DNA from: Thalassomonas actiniarum
GTDB lineage: Bacteria; Pseudomonadota; Gammaproteobacteria; Enterobacterales; Alteromonadaceae
DNA length: 40,000 nt
NCBI RefSeq assembly: GCF_000948975.2
Contig: NZ_CP059735.1
Location: forward strand, 4,422,603 to 4,462,602
Reading direction: 5' to 3'
The notes under the pieces are model-generated. The model had not been told where the DNA came from. It saw nothing but the letters and a program-made list of their open reading frames with translations, and ran no database searches. The position numbers and the translations under genes are program-made. Each line of letters begins with the position of its first letter. Within the stretch, counting starts at the first letter, position 1. Shown in pieces: positions 23,484-34,600 of the stretch.

Positions 23484-25805
23484 ATGATCCCATTACCGCA
23501 AGTAAAGTTATTCGAATACCCCAAATACTGGGCGGAATGTTATGGCTCTGCGCCATTTTTACCTATGTCGCGCCAGGAAATGGACCAATTGGGCTGGGAC
23601 AGCTGCGATATTATCCTGGTTACCGGTGACGCCTATGTCGACCACCCAAGTTTTGGCATGGCAATTATCGGCCGTATGCTCGAAGCCCAGGGCTTTCGGG
23701 TCGGCATTATTGCCCAGCCCGACTGGCACAGTAAAGACGCCTTTATGGGGCTTGGCAAACCCAATTTATTTTATGGCGTTACTGCGGGCAACATGGACTC
23801 GATGATCAACCGCTATACCGCCGAACGCCGCCTGCGCCATGACGATGCCTATACCCCGAACAACGAAGGCGGCAAACGTCCCGACCGCGCGGTACTGGTG
23901 TACAGCCAGCGCTGTAAAGAAGCCTACAAAGATGTGCCCGTAGTTATTGGCGGCATAGAAGCGAGCTTACGCCGCATTGCCCATTACGATTACTGGTCCG
24001 ATAAAGTACGCCGCTCGATTTTATTCGATGCCAAGGCCGACCTGCTTATTTATGGCAACGCCGAACGCCCGCTGGTGGAAATTGCCCACCGCATCGCCAA
24101 AGGCGAAGATGTTAAAACCATTACCGATGTCCGCGGCAGCGCATTTCTGGCCAAACAGCCCCTGCCCGGCTGGAAAGGCATAGACTCGCGCAATATCGAC
24201 AAACCCGGCAAGATAGACCCTATTCCCAGCCCTTATCAGGACATGAGTGCATCAAGCTGCGACAGCAATAAAGAACAAAGCGCCACAGATGAGATAGCAA
24301 AAGATGTTTCCCAAACCCCTCAGGTCGTGGAAATTTCCGAGCATATCAGTGCCAAATACCAGAATAAAAACTGGGATAACAAAGCCAAACCCTGGCTGAC
24401 CACCTATATTAATTTACCCACCTATGATCAGGTAAAAAGTAACAAGGTGCTTTACGCCCATGCCTCGCGTATTTTCCATCAGGAAGTAAACCCCGGCTCA
24501 GCCAAACCTTTAGTACAAAGCCACGGCGACCGTATTATCTGGTTAAATCCGCCGGCTTACCCGCTAAGCACCCAGGAAATGGATGATGTCTTCGGCCTGC
24601 CTTATCAAAGGGTGCCGCACCCGGTCTACGGCTCGGCCAAAATACCCGCCTATGATATGATCAAAACCTCCATCAATATCATGCGCGGCTGTTTCGGCGG
24701 CTGTACCTTCTGCTCCATTACCGAGCACGAAGGCCGTATTATCCAGAGCCGCTCGCAGGAATCTATCATAGAGGAAATAGAAGACATCAAGGAAAAAGTG
24801 CCCGGCTTTACCGGCGTGATTTCCGATCTCGGCGGCCCTACCGCCAACATGTACAAGTTAAACTGTAAAAGCCCCAAGGCCGAGGCCACCTGCCGTAAGC
24901 CTTCTTGTGTCTGGCCCACTATTTGTGGCCATTTAGATACCGATCATACCCCGACCATAGAGTTGTACCGTAAGGCCCGTAAGGTCAAGGGCATTAAAAA
25001 AATCCTGATCGCCTCAGGGGTGCGCTACGATCTCGCAGTAGAAGATCCCAATTATGTCAAAGAGCTGGCCCGCCACCATGTCGGCGGTTATTTAAAAATT
25101 GCCCCCGAGCACACCGAAGAAGGCCCGCTGAGCAAGATGATGAAACCCGGTATGGGCAGCTATGACAAGTTCAAGGAAATGTTCGACTTCTATTCCAGGG
25201 AAGCCGGTAAAAAACAGTACCTGATCCCCTACTTTATCTCCGCCCATCCCGGCACCACAGATATGGATATGATCAATATGGCGCTGTGGTTAAAGGAAAA
25301 TAACTTCAAGCTGGATCAGGTGCAGAACTTTTATCCGTCGCCGCTGGCCAATGCCACCACCTTGTACCATACCGAGATTAACTCGCTGAAAAACGTGAAG
25401 AAGAACAGCGACGCCGTCACCGTACCTAAAGGCGGACGCCAGCGCCGCTTGCACAAGGCGATATTACGCTACCATGATCCCGCCAACTGGCCGATTATCC
25501 GTGAAGCCATCAGCAAAATGGGACTGGCGCGTAAACTCATTGGCTCAAAAGAAGGTTGTCTGGTGCCGGCAGAAAGCCGCGCAGAAAAAACCATGCAATA
25601 CACCAAAGGGAAAAATAACGCCAAGGGTAATAAAACGTCTCCGGGTCAACACAGGCCGGGACAAAACACACCCGGGCGCACTAACCGGAGTAATGGTAAA
25701 GGTAAAGCCAATCCGGGGCTGACCCGTTTTAGCAGCAACCAGTTTAATGACCGCAAAGGTCCGGGGTCGAAACCGGGCCGGAAAAAGGGACAAAAACCCG
25801 GGTAA
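23484..25805 (+). CDS. ygiQ: YgiQ-family radical SAM protein (UPF0313)
   Basis: The N-terminus [57 protein letters not shown] is nearly identical to my recollection of E. coli YgiQ. The radical-SAM cluster motif is [10 protein letters not shown]. It has a basic, Gly/Pro/Lys-rich C-terminal tail. Confidence 0.9.
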   Translation: MIPLPQVKLFEYPKYWAECYGSAPFLPMSRQEMDQLGWDSCDIILVTGDAYVDHPSFGMAIIGRMLEAQGFRVGIIAQPDWHSKDAFMGLGKPNLFYGVTAGNMDSMINRYTAERRLRHDDAYTPNNEGGKRPDRAVLVYSQRCKEAYKDVPVVIGGIEASLRRIAHYDYWSDKVRRSILFDAKADLLIYGNAERPLVEIAHRIAKGEDVKTITDVRGSAFLAKQPLPGWKGIDSRNIDKPGKIDPIPSPYQDMSASSCDSNKEQSATDEIAKDVSQTPQVVEISEHISAKYQNKNWDNKAKPWLTTYINLPTYDQVKSNKVLYAHASRIFHQEVNPGSAKPLVQSHGDRIIWLNPPAYPLSTQEMDDVFGLPYQRVPHPVYGSAKIPAYDMIKTSINIMRGCFGGCTFCSITEHEGRIIQSRSQESIIEEIEDIKEKVPGFTGVISDLGGPTANMYKLNCKSPKAEATCRKPSCVWPTICGHLDTDHTPTIELYRKARKVKGIKKILIASGVRYDLAVEDPNYVKELARHHVGGYLKIAPEHTEEGPLSKMMKPGMGSYDKFKEMFDFYSREAGKKQYLIPYFISAHPGTTDMDMINMALWLKENNFKLDQVQNFYPSPLANATTLYHTEINSLKNVKKNSDAVTVPKGGRQRRLHKAILRYHDPANWPIIREAISKMGLARKLIGSKEGCLVPAESRAEKTMQYTKGKNNAKGNKTSPGQHRPGQNTPGRTNRSNGKGKANPGLTRFSSNQFNDRKGPGSKPGRKKGQKPG

Positions 25806-25876
25806 CGGATTAACACCAACGAATTTTTAATTAACTCACACCTTGTTCGGCACGACTTTATATCGGCCTGTTCAAG

Positions 25877-27496
25877 GTGAATCAAATACAAAAGGATAAA
25901 CCTTTGTTACAAGCAAATAATATTACCCAGCAGTTTGGCGCCAAGCCGCTGTTTGAAAACATTTCCCAGAAATTTGGCGGCGGTAACCGTTACGGCCTGA
26001 TCGGCGCCAACGGTTGTGGTAAATCCACCCTGATGAAAATCTTAGGGGGCGACCTTGAGCAAACGTCCGGTAATGTCAGCCTGGACCCGAACGAGCGTTT
26101 AGGTAAGCTGCGCCAGGACCAGTTCGGCTTTGAAGAATATTCTGTGGTCGATACCGTGATCATGGGCCATACCGAGCTGTGGGCAGTAAAAGAAGAGCGT
26201 GACCGCATCTATGCCCTGCCGGAGATGAGCGAAGAAGACGGCATGAAAGTCGGTGATTTAGAGTCTGAATATGCGGAAATGGACGGTTACAGCGCCGAAA
26301 GCCGCGCCGGTGAACTCTTGATGGGCGTCGGTATTCCGGTTGAGCAGCACTATGGCAAAATGAGCGAAGTCGCTCCCGGCTGGAAGCTAAGGGTATTACT
26401 GGCCCAGGCCTTGTTTGCCGATCCGGATATCTTATTGCTCGACGAACCGACCAATAACCTGGACATTCACACCATTCAATGGCTGGAAGAAACCTTAAAC
26501 GAACGTGACTCCACCATGATCATTATTTCCCATGACAGGCACTTCCTCAACAGTGTTTGTACCCATATGGCGGATCTTGATTACGGTGAACTTCGGGTTT
26601 ATCCGGGCAACTATGATCAATACATGCTGGCAGCCACCCAGGCCCGCGCCCAATTAATGGCGGATAACGCCAAGAAAAAAGCACAAATCAGCGAATTAAA
26701 AGAGTTCGTTGCCCGCTTCTCTGCCAATGCGTCTAAAGCCAAACAGGCGACCTCACGCGCCAAACAAATCGATAAAATCCAGCTTGATGAAGTGAAAGCT
26801 TCCAGCCGGGTTAATCCCTTTATCCGTTTTGAGCAAGAGAAAAAGTTATTCCGTAACGCCCTGGTGATGGAAAACATCAACAAGAGCTTTGACGATAACC
26901 ATGTACTCAAAGATATCTCTTTGATGGCGGAAGTCGGTGAGCGTATCGCGGTGATCGGGGAAAACGGTATCGGTAAAACCACCTTCTTACGTTTGTTGAT
27001 GGGTGAGCCCGGTTATCAAACGGATACCGGTGAATTTAACTGGTCCGAAAATCATAATATCGGTTATTACGCACAAGATCATGCCCATGAATTTGAAAAT
27101 GACATGACCTTGTTTGACTGGATGAGCCAGTGGCGTCAGGAAGGCGACGACGAGCAGGTTGTTCGCGGTTACCTGGGGCGTTTATTGTTCTCTGCCGACG
27201 ACATCAAAAAGTCCGTCAAAGTCTTATCCGGTGGTGAGCAGGGCCGGATGTTATTCGGCAAGCTGATGATGCAAAAGCCCAATATCCTGGTGATGGATGA
27301 ACCCACCAACCACATGGATATGGAGTCTATCGAGTCGTTGAATATGGCGCTGGAAAAATACGAAGGCACCCTGGTTTTCGTCAGCCACGACCGGGAATTT
27401 GTTTCCAGCCTGGCAACCCGCATTATCGAGCTTAAAGAAGACGGTTATGTTGACTTTGCCGGTACCTATGAAGAATACCTGGCTTCACAGGCTTAA
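25877..27496 (+). CDS. ybiT: ABC-F family ATPase (YbiT-like)
   Basis: 539 aa with a GTG start. It has two ABC cassettes (GANGCGKST / GENGIGKTT; LSGGE) and no TM domain. Long identical runs match my recollection of E. coli YbiT ([64 protein letters not shown]). Confidence 0.88.
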   Translation: MNQIQKDKPLLQANNITQQFGAKPLFENISQKFGGGNRYGLIGANGCGKSTLMKILGGDLEQTSGNVSLDPNERLGKLRQDQFGFEEYSVVDTVIMGHTELWAVKEERDRIYALPEMSEEDGMKVGDLESEYAEMDGYSAESRAGELLMGVGIPVEQHYGKMSEVAPGWKLRVLLAQALFADPDILLLDEPTNNLDIHTIQWLEETLNERDSTMIIISHDRHFLNSVCTHMADLDYGELRVYPGNYDQYMLAATQARAQLMADNAKKKAQISELKEFVARFSANASKAKQATSRAKQIDKIQLDEVKASSRVNPFIRFEQEKKLFRNALVMENINKSFDDNHVLKDISLMAEVGERIAVIGENGIGKTTFLRLLMGEPGYQTDTGEFNWSENHNIGYYAQDHAHEFENDMTLFDWMSQWRQEGDDEQVVRGYLGRLLFSADDIKKSVKVLSGGEQGRMLFGKLMMQKPNILVMDEPTNHMDMESIESLNMALEKYEGTLVFVSHDREFVSSLATRIIELKEDGYVDFAGTYEEYLASQA

Positions 27497-27606
27497 TTAA
27501 TCAGCCTGATCATTTCACTCTGCCCCGGCTTTAAAAGTCCGGAGGCAGAGGGAAAATTTCAACTTTAACCAACTCCTGCTCCTTCAACACATTAAAGAGG
27601 TGACCC

Positions 27607-28470
27607 TTGCTTAGTTATCGCCATGCCTTTCACGCCGGCAACTTCGCCGATGTCTTAAAACACTCGGTATTGACCCTGGTGCTCGATTATATGACCCGCA
27701 AGGAAAAAGGCTTTAGCTATATCGACAGCCATTCCGGCGCCGGCATGTATCAGCTCAGTGACAGTTATGCCCAGAAAACCGGCGAATATAAAGAAGGTAT
27801 CGCCAGGCTGTTATCCGCCGATGCACAACAAGCAATACCCGAGGCCCTGCTGCCCTACCTGGAGCTGATCCGGGATATGAACCAGGCCAGCGCCGATGAT
27901 GAGATCAGCCTTTATCCCGGCTCTCCCGGCATTGCCAAAGCGATATTAAGACGCCAGGACAGCGCCCATTTATTTGAATTACACCCAACGGATATCGACT
28001 ACCTCAACGACTTTTGCCAGCGCTGGCGCAAAGCCCATGTCAAACAGTCTGACGGATACCAGGGAGTGTTATCTTTATTGCCGCCACCCAGCAGGCGCGG
28101 CGTGGTGTTGATCGATCCGCCCTATGAGCTAAAAGAAGATTATCCGAAAGCGGTAAAAACCATTATCAAAGCCTATGACAAATTTGCCACCGGTACTTAT
28201 ATTCTCTGGTACCCCGTGGTAAAGCGGACTTTGGTAGACGAGATGGAGAAAACCTTCACCGACAGCCAGGTGAAAAACCTGCTTCAGGTAGAGTTTTGCC
28301 AGCGTCCGGATACCGAAGAATACGGCATGACAGGTACAGGTTTGTTTATTGTCAATCCCCCGTGGCAGCTTAAAGAGCAGCTGACAGCAATATTGCCTTA
28401 CCTGCAAACCCAGCTGAAAAAAGGACAGGATAACGCCAGCTATAAACTTGAACAGTTGGTGGCAGAATAA
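27607..28470 (+). CDS. rlmJ: 23S rRNA (adenine2030-N6)-methyltransferase RlmJ
   Basis: TTG start. MLSYRHAFHAGNFADVLKH is the characteristic RlmJ N-terminus, and VLIDPPYE is the N6-adenine methyltransferase DPPY motif. Confidence 0.88.
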   Translation: MLSYRHAFHAGNFADVLKHSVLTLVLDYMTRKEKGFSYIDSHSGAGMYQLSDSYAQKTGEYKEGIARLLSADAQQAIPEALLPYLELIRDMNQASADDEISLYPGSPGIAKAILRRQDSAHLFELHPTDIDYLNDFCQRWRKAHVKQSDGYQGVLSLLPPPSRRGVVLIDPPYELKEDYPKAVKTIIKAYDKFATGTYILWYPVVKRTLVDEMEKTFTDSQVKNLLQVEFCQRPDTEEYGMTGTGLFIVNPPWQLKEQLTAILPYLQTQLKKGQDNASYKLEQLVAE

Positions 28471-28558
28471 AGAAACCGGTTTTGCTATTATCACCAATAA
28501 CCGCGGCGCACTATTGGCCGCGGCACATCCCGGCTAAGTCCCTTGCCACAGGCTGCAG

Positions 28559-29374
28559 TTAAAATTCCACCCGGGCAACAACCGAACTTTCACACGGCGG
28601 CGGCGCCATAGAGCTGGCACACAAATTAATGCGCCAGGGAGAGAATTTTTCCAACTCAGGCAATTGCGTTAGCGACTGCTCGGAGTCCAGCTCATTATAA
28701 GGGCCGACCACGACACGGAACCTGGTCTTGTCATTATGTAAATTGCTGACCACTTCGGCATTTAACGCCAGGTGGGATATTTGCCGCTCCCGGGCAAAAG
28801 TCAGTTCATTAAAGCTGCCGATCACGACAAAGGTTTGCGGGTTTTCAATATAATGATTGTGCTCGGCTGAGCTATGCACGGGTGTCATATTTTTGGCGAT
28901 TTCACTGGCTACGCTGACTTCTTGCGGCAAAACTTGTCGGGTTGTAGCTTCCTGGGCTTGCTCCCTATTCCCCCTGGTATCTGCAACAGGCAATAATTGC
29001 TTGAATTGTTCACTGCGATCCAGCGCCCGGGCAATGACTGTGTTGCTGCCTGATTGATAAACCTCAGGTTGTTCTGCAATGACAACTTCTTTCCGGGACT
29101 GTTCAGGCAAGGTATTCGCAGCTATCCGGGTTTCTCCATCATGAGCCAAGATATCGGCAGGTTGATTGGTGGGTACGCAAACATCTTTATTTAACAATAA
29201 CCTATGGGCAGCACAATCTTCATCAATCACAGCAGAGACAATATTATCGGAAATGGATTTACCACTGACCAGGTAACTGATCCCTGTGGCACTCACCATC
29301 AGCACATCCAGGGTGGCACAGCCGCTGAGCAGCACAATAAGACAAATTGAAGTAAGTAATCGATGTAAGTTCAT
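28559..29374 (-). CDS. Lipoprotein with a C-terminal SPOR (peptidoglycan-binding) domain
   Basis: Lipobox LLSGC. The C-terminus FVVIGSFNELTFARERQ...TRFRVVVGPYNELDSEQSL fits the SPOR repeat pattern. Confidence 0.6.
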   Translation of the reverse strand: MNLHRLLTSICLIVLLSGCATLDVLMVSATGISYLVSGKSISDNIVSAVIDEDCAAHRLLLNKDVCVPTNQPADILAHDGETRIAANTLPEQSRKEVVIAEQPEVYQSGSNTVIARALDRSEQFKQLLPVADTRGNREQAQEATTRQVLPQEVSVASEIAKNMTPVHSSAEHNHYIENPQTFVVIGSFNELTFARERQISHLALNAEVVSNLHNDKTRFRVVVGPYNELDSEQSLTQLPELEKFSPWRINLCASSMAPPPCESSVVARVEF

Positions 29375-29915
29375 AATACAGCACTTTTGATTGATTCTTT
29401 ACTTTGACTATTCAAGTTTCACGCCAGATTATTCGTCAAACCTTTACGTCAATCATTTCCATAAACCATGGAGTTAACTTCAAAACAACAAGCTATTTTC
29501 TCCATTAAAAGTGCTTATTCTTCTAAAAACTTTATCTTTACTAACCTAATCAATAACCTGTACTGAAAATCAGGCCGGATTATTTACGTATAGGCGAATT
29601 CCAAGCTGTTTAAGACTTAACCACTATACGATAACCCAACGGCAATGACTAGCCATGACACCATGGCAGCGGGCTAAAAATGATAATGACTTGCTTAGCC
29701 TTTTGATTCACTTCACTTTAATGCTTGCTATTTTTTTGTTCGATAAACGCACAAAACAGCAGGTTTTACAGATTTCTCTGGTAACAAAATGACTTTGATA
29801 GTAAATTTTAATTTTCAAGGTATATATCTTGTGTGCAAATAACCGGATCCCTTAGCCGTTAACAAAGGTAAAGGAAAGATTATTGATGCTGGCGCCGTAG
29901 TGAAAGGATGTAGTC

Positions 29916-32294
29916 TTGCCTGACTTAACATTATTTAAAAATGAAACTCAAAGACTGCTGGCATTGCAGGCGCTGAATATTTTAGATACCCCGCCCGAAG
30001 AACGTTTTGACCGTATTACCCGCATTGCCATGCAGGTCTTTGATGTGCCCTTTGCCATGGTGAGCTTGGTTGATGCCAAACGCCTGTGGTTTAAATCATC
30101 CCCCGGATTTTATTTAACGGAAACTTCCCGGGCACAAAGTCTTTGTGGTTATACCATTTTAACCGATGAAGTATTAGTCGTTGAAGATACCTTACTTGAC
30201 TCCCGCTCAGCCAATAAACCTTGGGTAACAGAGGAACCTCATTTGCGTTTCTATGCCGGTATCGCCATCAAAGACAGCCAGGGCTTTAATATCGGCACCT
30301 TGAGCATTTTAGATCACCAGCCAAGAACCTTAACACCGGGGCAAATCAGTATCTTAACCGAACTGGCAAAAGTGGCGGAGTCTGAGGTCAATGCCGCCGA
30401 CTTAAGCCAGGTCACGGCAAAACTCATCCAGTCAAGAAAACAGTTGCACCAGGCCGTCAGCCAGTTACGGCACAATGAACAACTCAACCGGCTGCGCAAC
30501 CAGGTACTGGAATTAATCGCCCGCTCAGAGCCGTTGACAGAAATACTGACCGCGATAGTAACCGGAGTAGAGCTGGAATATCCCGACATGATGTGCAGCA
30601 TTTTATTAATGGACGACACCGGCACTAAACTCACCCTGAAGGCAGCCCCGAGCATGCCCGACTTTTATAACCAAGCGGTGGATGGCCTGATCATAGGCGA
30701 GAATGTCGGCTCCTGCGGCACCAGTGCCTATACCGGGAAAAGAGTGGTAGTGGAAGATATTGCCAGCCATCCTCTTTGGACCTCTTATACCGAACTTGCC
30801 GCCAGGGCACAACTGGGCAGCTGCTGGTCTGAGCCCATTATCGACCCCGAAGGCAAAGTGCTCGGCACCTTTGCGATATACCATAAAGAAAAGTCAGCTC
30901 CCTCTGCCAGGGATTTTCACCTGATTGAACAATCGGCGGCATTAGCTAGCATTTCCATAGAAAGAGCCCAGGCCAACAAGCTGATCTGGCAGCAGGCAAA
31001 TTTTGACGGCCTCACCGGCTTGACCAATCGCAACCTGATGCGCGAACTGCTAAAAACCGCACTGAAAAACAGCCGGCGAAACCAACAGAAACTGGCGTTA
31101 ATCTGCCTGGACTTAGATCATTTTAAAGCGGTTAATGACTCCCTCGGCCATAATATCGGCGATGAATTACTGATAGAATGTGCCAAGCGCCTCCTTAACT
31201 GTACCCGGGAAAGCGATACCGTTGCCCGTCTCGGCGGCGATGAGTTTTTGATCTTAATACCCGAGCTCAAGAATGAAGCACTGATTGAGGACATTGCCGG
31301 TAAAATTCTTTCCTCCCTGTCGCAACCGTTTCAACTGCAACAAGAGCTGGTTTATGTTTCCGCCAGCCTTGGCATCGCCATCTTTCCCGATGACGCCGCA
31401 GATCTTGATGACCTGCTAAAAAATGCCGATCAGGCCATGTATGGCGCCAAATCTTCCGGACGTGGCTGTTTTCATTACTTTACCTCGGGTATGCGCGCCT
31501 CGATACAAAACCGCCTCACCTTGATCAACGACTTAAGAAAGGCAATCGACAACCGGGAATTACACCTGCTTTATCAGCCTATTTTTGAAATCGCCAGTCA
31601 AAAAATATATAAGGCCGAAGCCTTGCTACGCTGGCACCACCCGAGCCGCGGTATGATAAGCCCGGCAGATTTTATCCCCTTGGCGGAAGAATCCGGGCTC
31701 ATCATTGACATTGGTAACTGGGTATTTGAGCAGGCCTGCTTGCAGGTGGCCAAGTGGCGTAAGCAGTATGCTGAGAATTTTCAAATCAGCATTAATACTT
31801 CCCCGCTACAATATCGAAACAACACCGACAGCCCGTCTGACTGGCTTGCCTGGCTGGCAAACTACCAGCTTGATGCCGATGCACTCACCTTGGAAATTAC
31901 CGAAAACCTGTTAATGAATGACTATGATCAGGTCAATCAACGTTTGGCCCAGCTGCGAGACTCGGGTATGGAAATTTCCATCGACGATTTCGGCACCGGC
32001 TATTCTTCGCTGTCTTACCTGAAGAAATTCCATATCGACTATTTAAAAATCGATAAAAGCTTTATCCAGAAAATGTCGCAGGGCAGTGATGATCTGATCA
32101 TCTGCGAAGCCATGGTGGTGATGGCCAAAAAACTCGGCATTAAGGTCATTGCCGAAGGCATAGAAAGCACAGAACAAATGCAGTTATTAAAAGACATGGG
32201 CTGTCAGTATGGCCAGGGATACTGGCTGGCAAAACCGTTAACGGTTGAGCAATTTGAAACCTTGCTGCGCTCAAATACCAGATATAAAGTCTGA
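29916..32294 (+). CDS. GAF-GAF-GGDEF-EAL cyclic-di-GMP signalling protein
   Basis: 792 aa with a TTG start. Two GAF-like regions are followed by a GGDEF domain (RLGGDEFLIL) and an EAL domain (KAEALLRW, DDFGTGYSSLSYL, KIDKSFI, EGIE). It is preceded by a 540-bp AT-rich leader. Confidence 0.9.
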   Translation: MPDLTLFKNETQRLLALQALNILDTPPEERFDRITRIAMQVFDVPFAMVSLVDAKRLWFKSSPGFYLTETSRAQSLCGYTILTDEVLVVEDTLLDSRSANKPWVTEEPHLRFYAGIAIKDSQGFNIGTLSILDHQPRTLTPGQISILTELAKVAESEVNAADLSQVTAKLIQSRKQLHQAVSQLRHNEQLNRLRNQVLELIARSEPLTEILTAIVTGVELEYPDMMCSILLMDDTGTKLTLKAAPSMPDFYNQAVDGLIIGENVGSCGTSAYTGKRVVVEDIASHPLWTSYTELAARAQLGSCWSEPIIDPEGKVLGTFAIYHKEKSAPSARDFHLIEQSAALASISIERAQANKLIWQQANFDGLTGLTNRNLMRELLKTALKNSRRNQQKLALICLDLDHFKAVNDSLGHNIGDELLIECAKRLLNCTRESDTVARLGGDEFLILIPELKNEALIEDIAGKILSSLSQPFQLQQELVYVSASLGIAIFPDDAADLDDLLKNADQAMYGAKSSGRGCFHYFTSGMRASIQNRLTLINDLRKAIDNRELHLLYQPIFEIASQKIYKAEALLRWHHPSRGMISPADFIPLAEESGLIIDIGNWVFEQACLQVAKWRKQYAENFQISINTSPLQYRNNTDSPSDWLAWLANYQLDADALTLEITENLLMNDYDQVNQRLAQLRDSGMEISIDDFGTGYSSLSYLKKFHIDYLKIDKSFIQKMSQGSDDLIICEAMVVMAKKLGIKVIAEGIESTEQMQLLKDMGCQYGQGYWLAKPLTVEQFETLLRSNTRYKV

Positions 32295-32697
32295 GCTATT
32301 TTACTCCGATTAAGGACAATGGCTCCTGCCTTTCATCCCTTTTTTAAGTTTTTTGTAAATTAAAAATGTAATCCCCTCAGATATCAGGACAGGTTTAAAA
32401 AGCAATAATATCAACAACTAAAGATATGCTCTGCCTATTCTCCCCGGTTACAATCCTGACCTTTTTTGACTTTTCTTTACTTTTCTTTACATTCGGTGTC
32501 AACCTAAGCACAACTTATGCGTTCTAGGGTAAAGGAAGACCTAAATAACGAAAAGTGACCCGGCGTGTACAACAAGAGTCTCCTTAAAAGACCGAAGCAT
32601 AAATAACACGCCATTACATAGTCATCAGCCCCCGTTTCATTATTTAGCCTGTTTGTTTTCTGTTAAACACAATAGATAGATGTCAGAGGTAATTACA

Positions 32698-34419
32698 ATG
32701 AATAAAGCCGTTTGTATAAGCATGCTAGTGCTAAGTAGTTTGATGATACTCCCATCCCAGGCACAGGAAGCCCCGCCGCGCGGCGGACCCGGCGCGGATG
32801 GCCAAAGAGGAGCGCCCGCCAATGACGGCCAGGCCAGAAACGGTGACGGTCAAGGCCGTGGTGATGGTCAGGGACGCGGTAACGGCCAGGGCCGTGGCGG
32901 CAGAGGTGCTATCGATGCCGATGCCAATTTAGTCAACGCTGAAGAAAACCTGCAGGCACTGATCGCCGAGCGTGATCTCTCCCCGATAGATGTTGATGAT
33001 CTGGACCTGCCGGACATCACAGACGAAAGAGCCCAGTTAGGCAAACAGTTATTCTTTGCCAAGAACCTCGGCGGTGAAAACAGCTCCGCCTGCGTTTCCT
33101 GCCATCACCCCACTTTAGGGGGCGGCGACAACCTCTCTTTATCTGTCGGGGTTGATGCCGTTAATGAACTCGACATCAGCAGCCATGATCTATTGGGCCT
33201 GGGCCGGTTTAACGATCTTGATGCCAATAACCTGCCCGCCGTACCCCGTAATGCCCCGACCGTCTTTAACTTAGGCTTAAACAACCGCCGCATGTTCTGG
33301 GACAGCCGGGTAGAACGCCGCCGCAACCAGGGCATAGTGACCCCGGACTCCCCGCTTGATGAAGACGGTAACCGCCTGGCAGATCCTAACTTACCCGCAG
33401 GCACAACCTTAGCCGCGGCGCAGGCAAGATTCCCGGTTACCTCGGCAGAAGAAATGCGCGGCGAGTTTGCCGCAGAGGACGACAACCAGGCGTTAAGAGC
33501 CCTGCTGACCACAAGATTTGACAACAGCGACGGCGACTATGTCAGCAACTGGCCGGCATTATTTTCCCAGGCCTATGGCGACAACGAGGTCACCTTTGAC
33601 CGCATCGCCGATGCCTTAGGGGAATATGAGCGCTCTATGGTGTTTGTCAATAACCCGTGGCAGGCCTACCTAAACGGCGACAGCGATGCCCTGACCGACC
33701 AGCAAAAAGCCGGCGCCCTGGTATTTTTCCGCTCAAGACGTGACGGCGGCGCAGGCTGTGCCGGCTGTCACCGCAATGATACCTTCTCCGGCGGCGGACA
33801 CCGCCTGGTGGCTTTCCCGCAATTCGGACCGGGTAAAGGCAATGCCAGCACCACAGACACCCCTCATGATTTTGGCCGGGAAAATGTTACCGGCGACGTT
33901 GAAGACAGAATGCATTTCAGACCGCCGACACTGCTTAACATCGCCGTTACCAGTCCTTATGGCCATACCGGTGCTTTCCAGACCCTGGAAGAAGTTGTCG
34001 CTCATTACGGCAACCCGCGCGAGTCTATCGACACCCTGTTTGCCGCCCAGGGCAATGAAGCCTTTGCCGGCGGTGAGGCCCCCTTTTGTCAGCTGCCGCA
34101 GATTGCCGATTTGATGCAGAAAAACAACCAAACCTGCGAAAGCCTGTACCCGGATGCCTATACCAATTCCATCGCCGCGGTTGAACATTTGGAAGCGGCG
34201 AGAAATGATGAGGTAGCAGCGAGCGGCCCGCTGCGCGGCTCGCCAAACTTATCCGATGAGGTGGTTGCCCAGGTGGTGGCCTTCCTCAATGCCCTGACCG
34301 ACCCTTGTGTCGAAGACCGTACTTGCCTGGCTCCGTGGATAGTGGATGAAACCAACCAAGCCGAGTTCCCGGACGACAGCCCGGTCATCGCCCACGACAG
34401 GGATAATAATGTGCTTTAG
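32698..34419 (+). CDS. Di-haem cytochrome c peroxidase family protein (CCP/MauG-like), secreted
   Basis: Two haem motifs, CVSCHHP and CAGCHRN. I prefer ATG 32698 (GAGG 8 nt upstream; signal MNKAVCISMLVLSSLMILPSQAQE) over 32680. The N-terminus has a G/Q/R/D repeat region. Confidence 0.85.
   Translation: MNKAVCISMLVLSSLMILPSQAQEAPPRGGPGADGQRGAPANDGQARNGDGQGRGDGQGRGNGQGRGGRGAIDADANLVNAEENLQALIAERDLSPIDVDDLDLPDITDERAQLGKQLFFAKNLGGENSSACVSCHHPTLGGGDNLSLSVGVDAVNELDISSHDLLGLGRFNDLDANNLPAVPRNAPTVFNLGLNNRRMFWDSRVERRRNQGIVTPDSPLDEDGNRLADPNLPAGTTLAAAQARFPVTSAEEMRGEFAAEDDNQALRALLTTRFDNSDGDYVSNWPALFSQAYGDNEVTFDRIADALGEYERSMVFVNNPWQAYLNGDSDALTDQQKAGALVFFRSRRDGGAGCAGCHRNDTFSGGGHRLVAFPQFGPGKGNASTTDTPHDFGRENVTGDVEDRMHFRPPTLLNIAVTSPYGHTGAFQTLEEVVAHYGNPRESIDTLFAAQGNEAFAGGEAPFCQLPQIADLMQKNNQTCESLYPDAYTNSIAAVEHLEAARNDEVAASGPLRGSPNLSDEVVAQVVAFLNALTDPCVEDRTCLAPWIVDETNQAEFPDDSPVIAHDRDNNVL
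32842..32895 (+). repeat. 18-bp in-frame tandem repeat, 3 copies, encoding G-[DN]-G-Q-G-R
   Basis: Units are ggtgacggtcaaggccgt, ggtgatggtcagggacgc and ggtaacggccagggccgt. A diverged unit lies at 32821-32838. Confidence 0.8.
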
Positions 34420-34600
34420 CCTGCTGATCGAGGTAAGTCGCTTATCTGGCGGCTTTATCCTCGGTTTGAGCTGAACCGTTAAAGCGATGATATAAAGCCC
34501 TATCATTTGTCCGGCACAAAGAAAAGCCAGATCAATCGCTGTCAGGCACCGGCTGCCCCTGAGCTCCCATCCTCAGGGGCGGCCTCAGGCCATGACAGCT

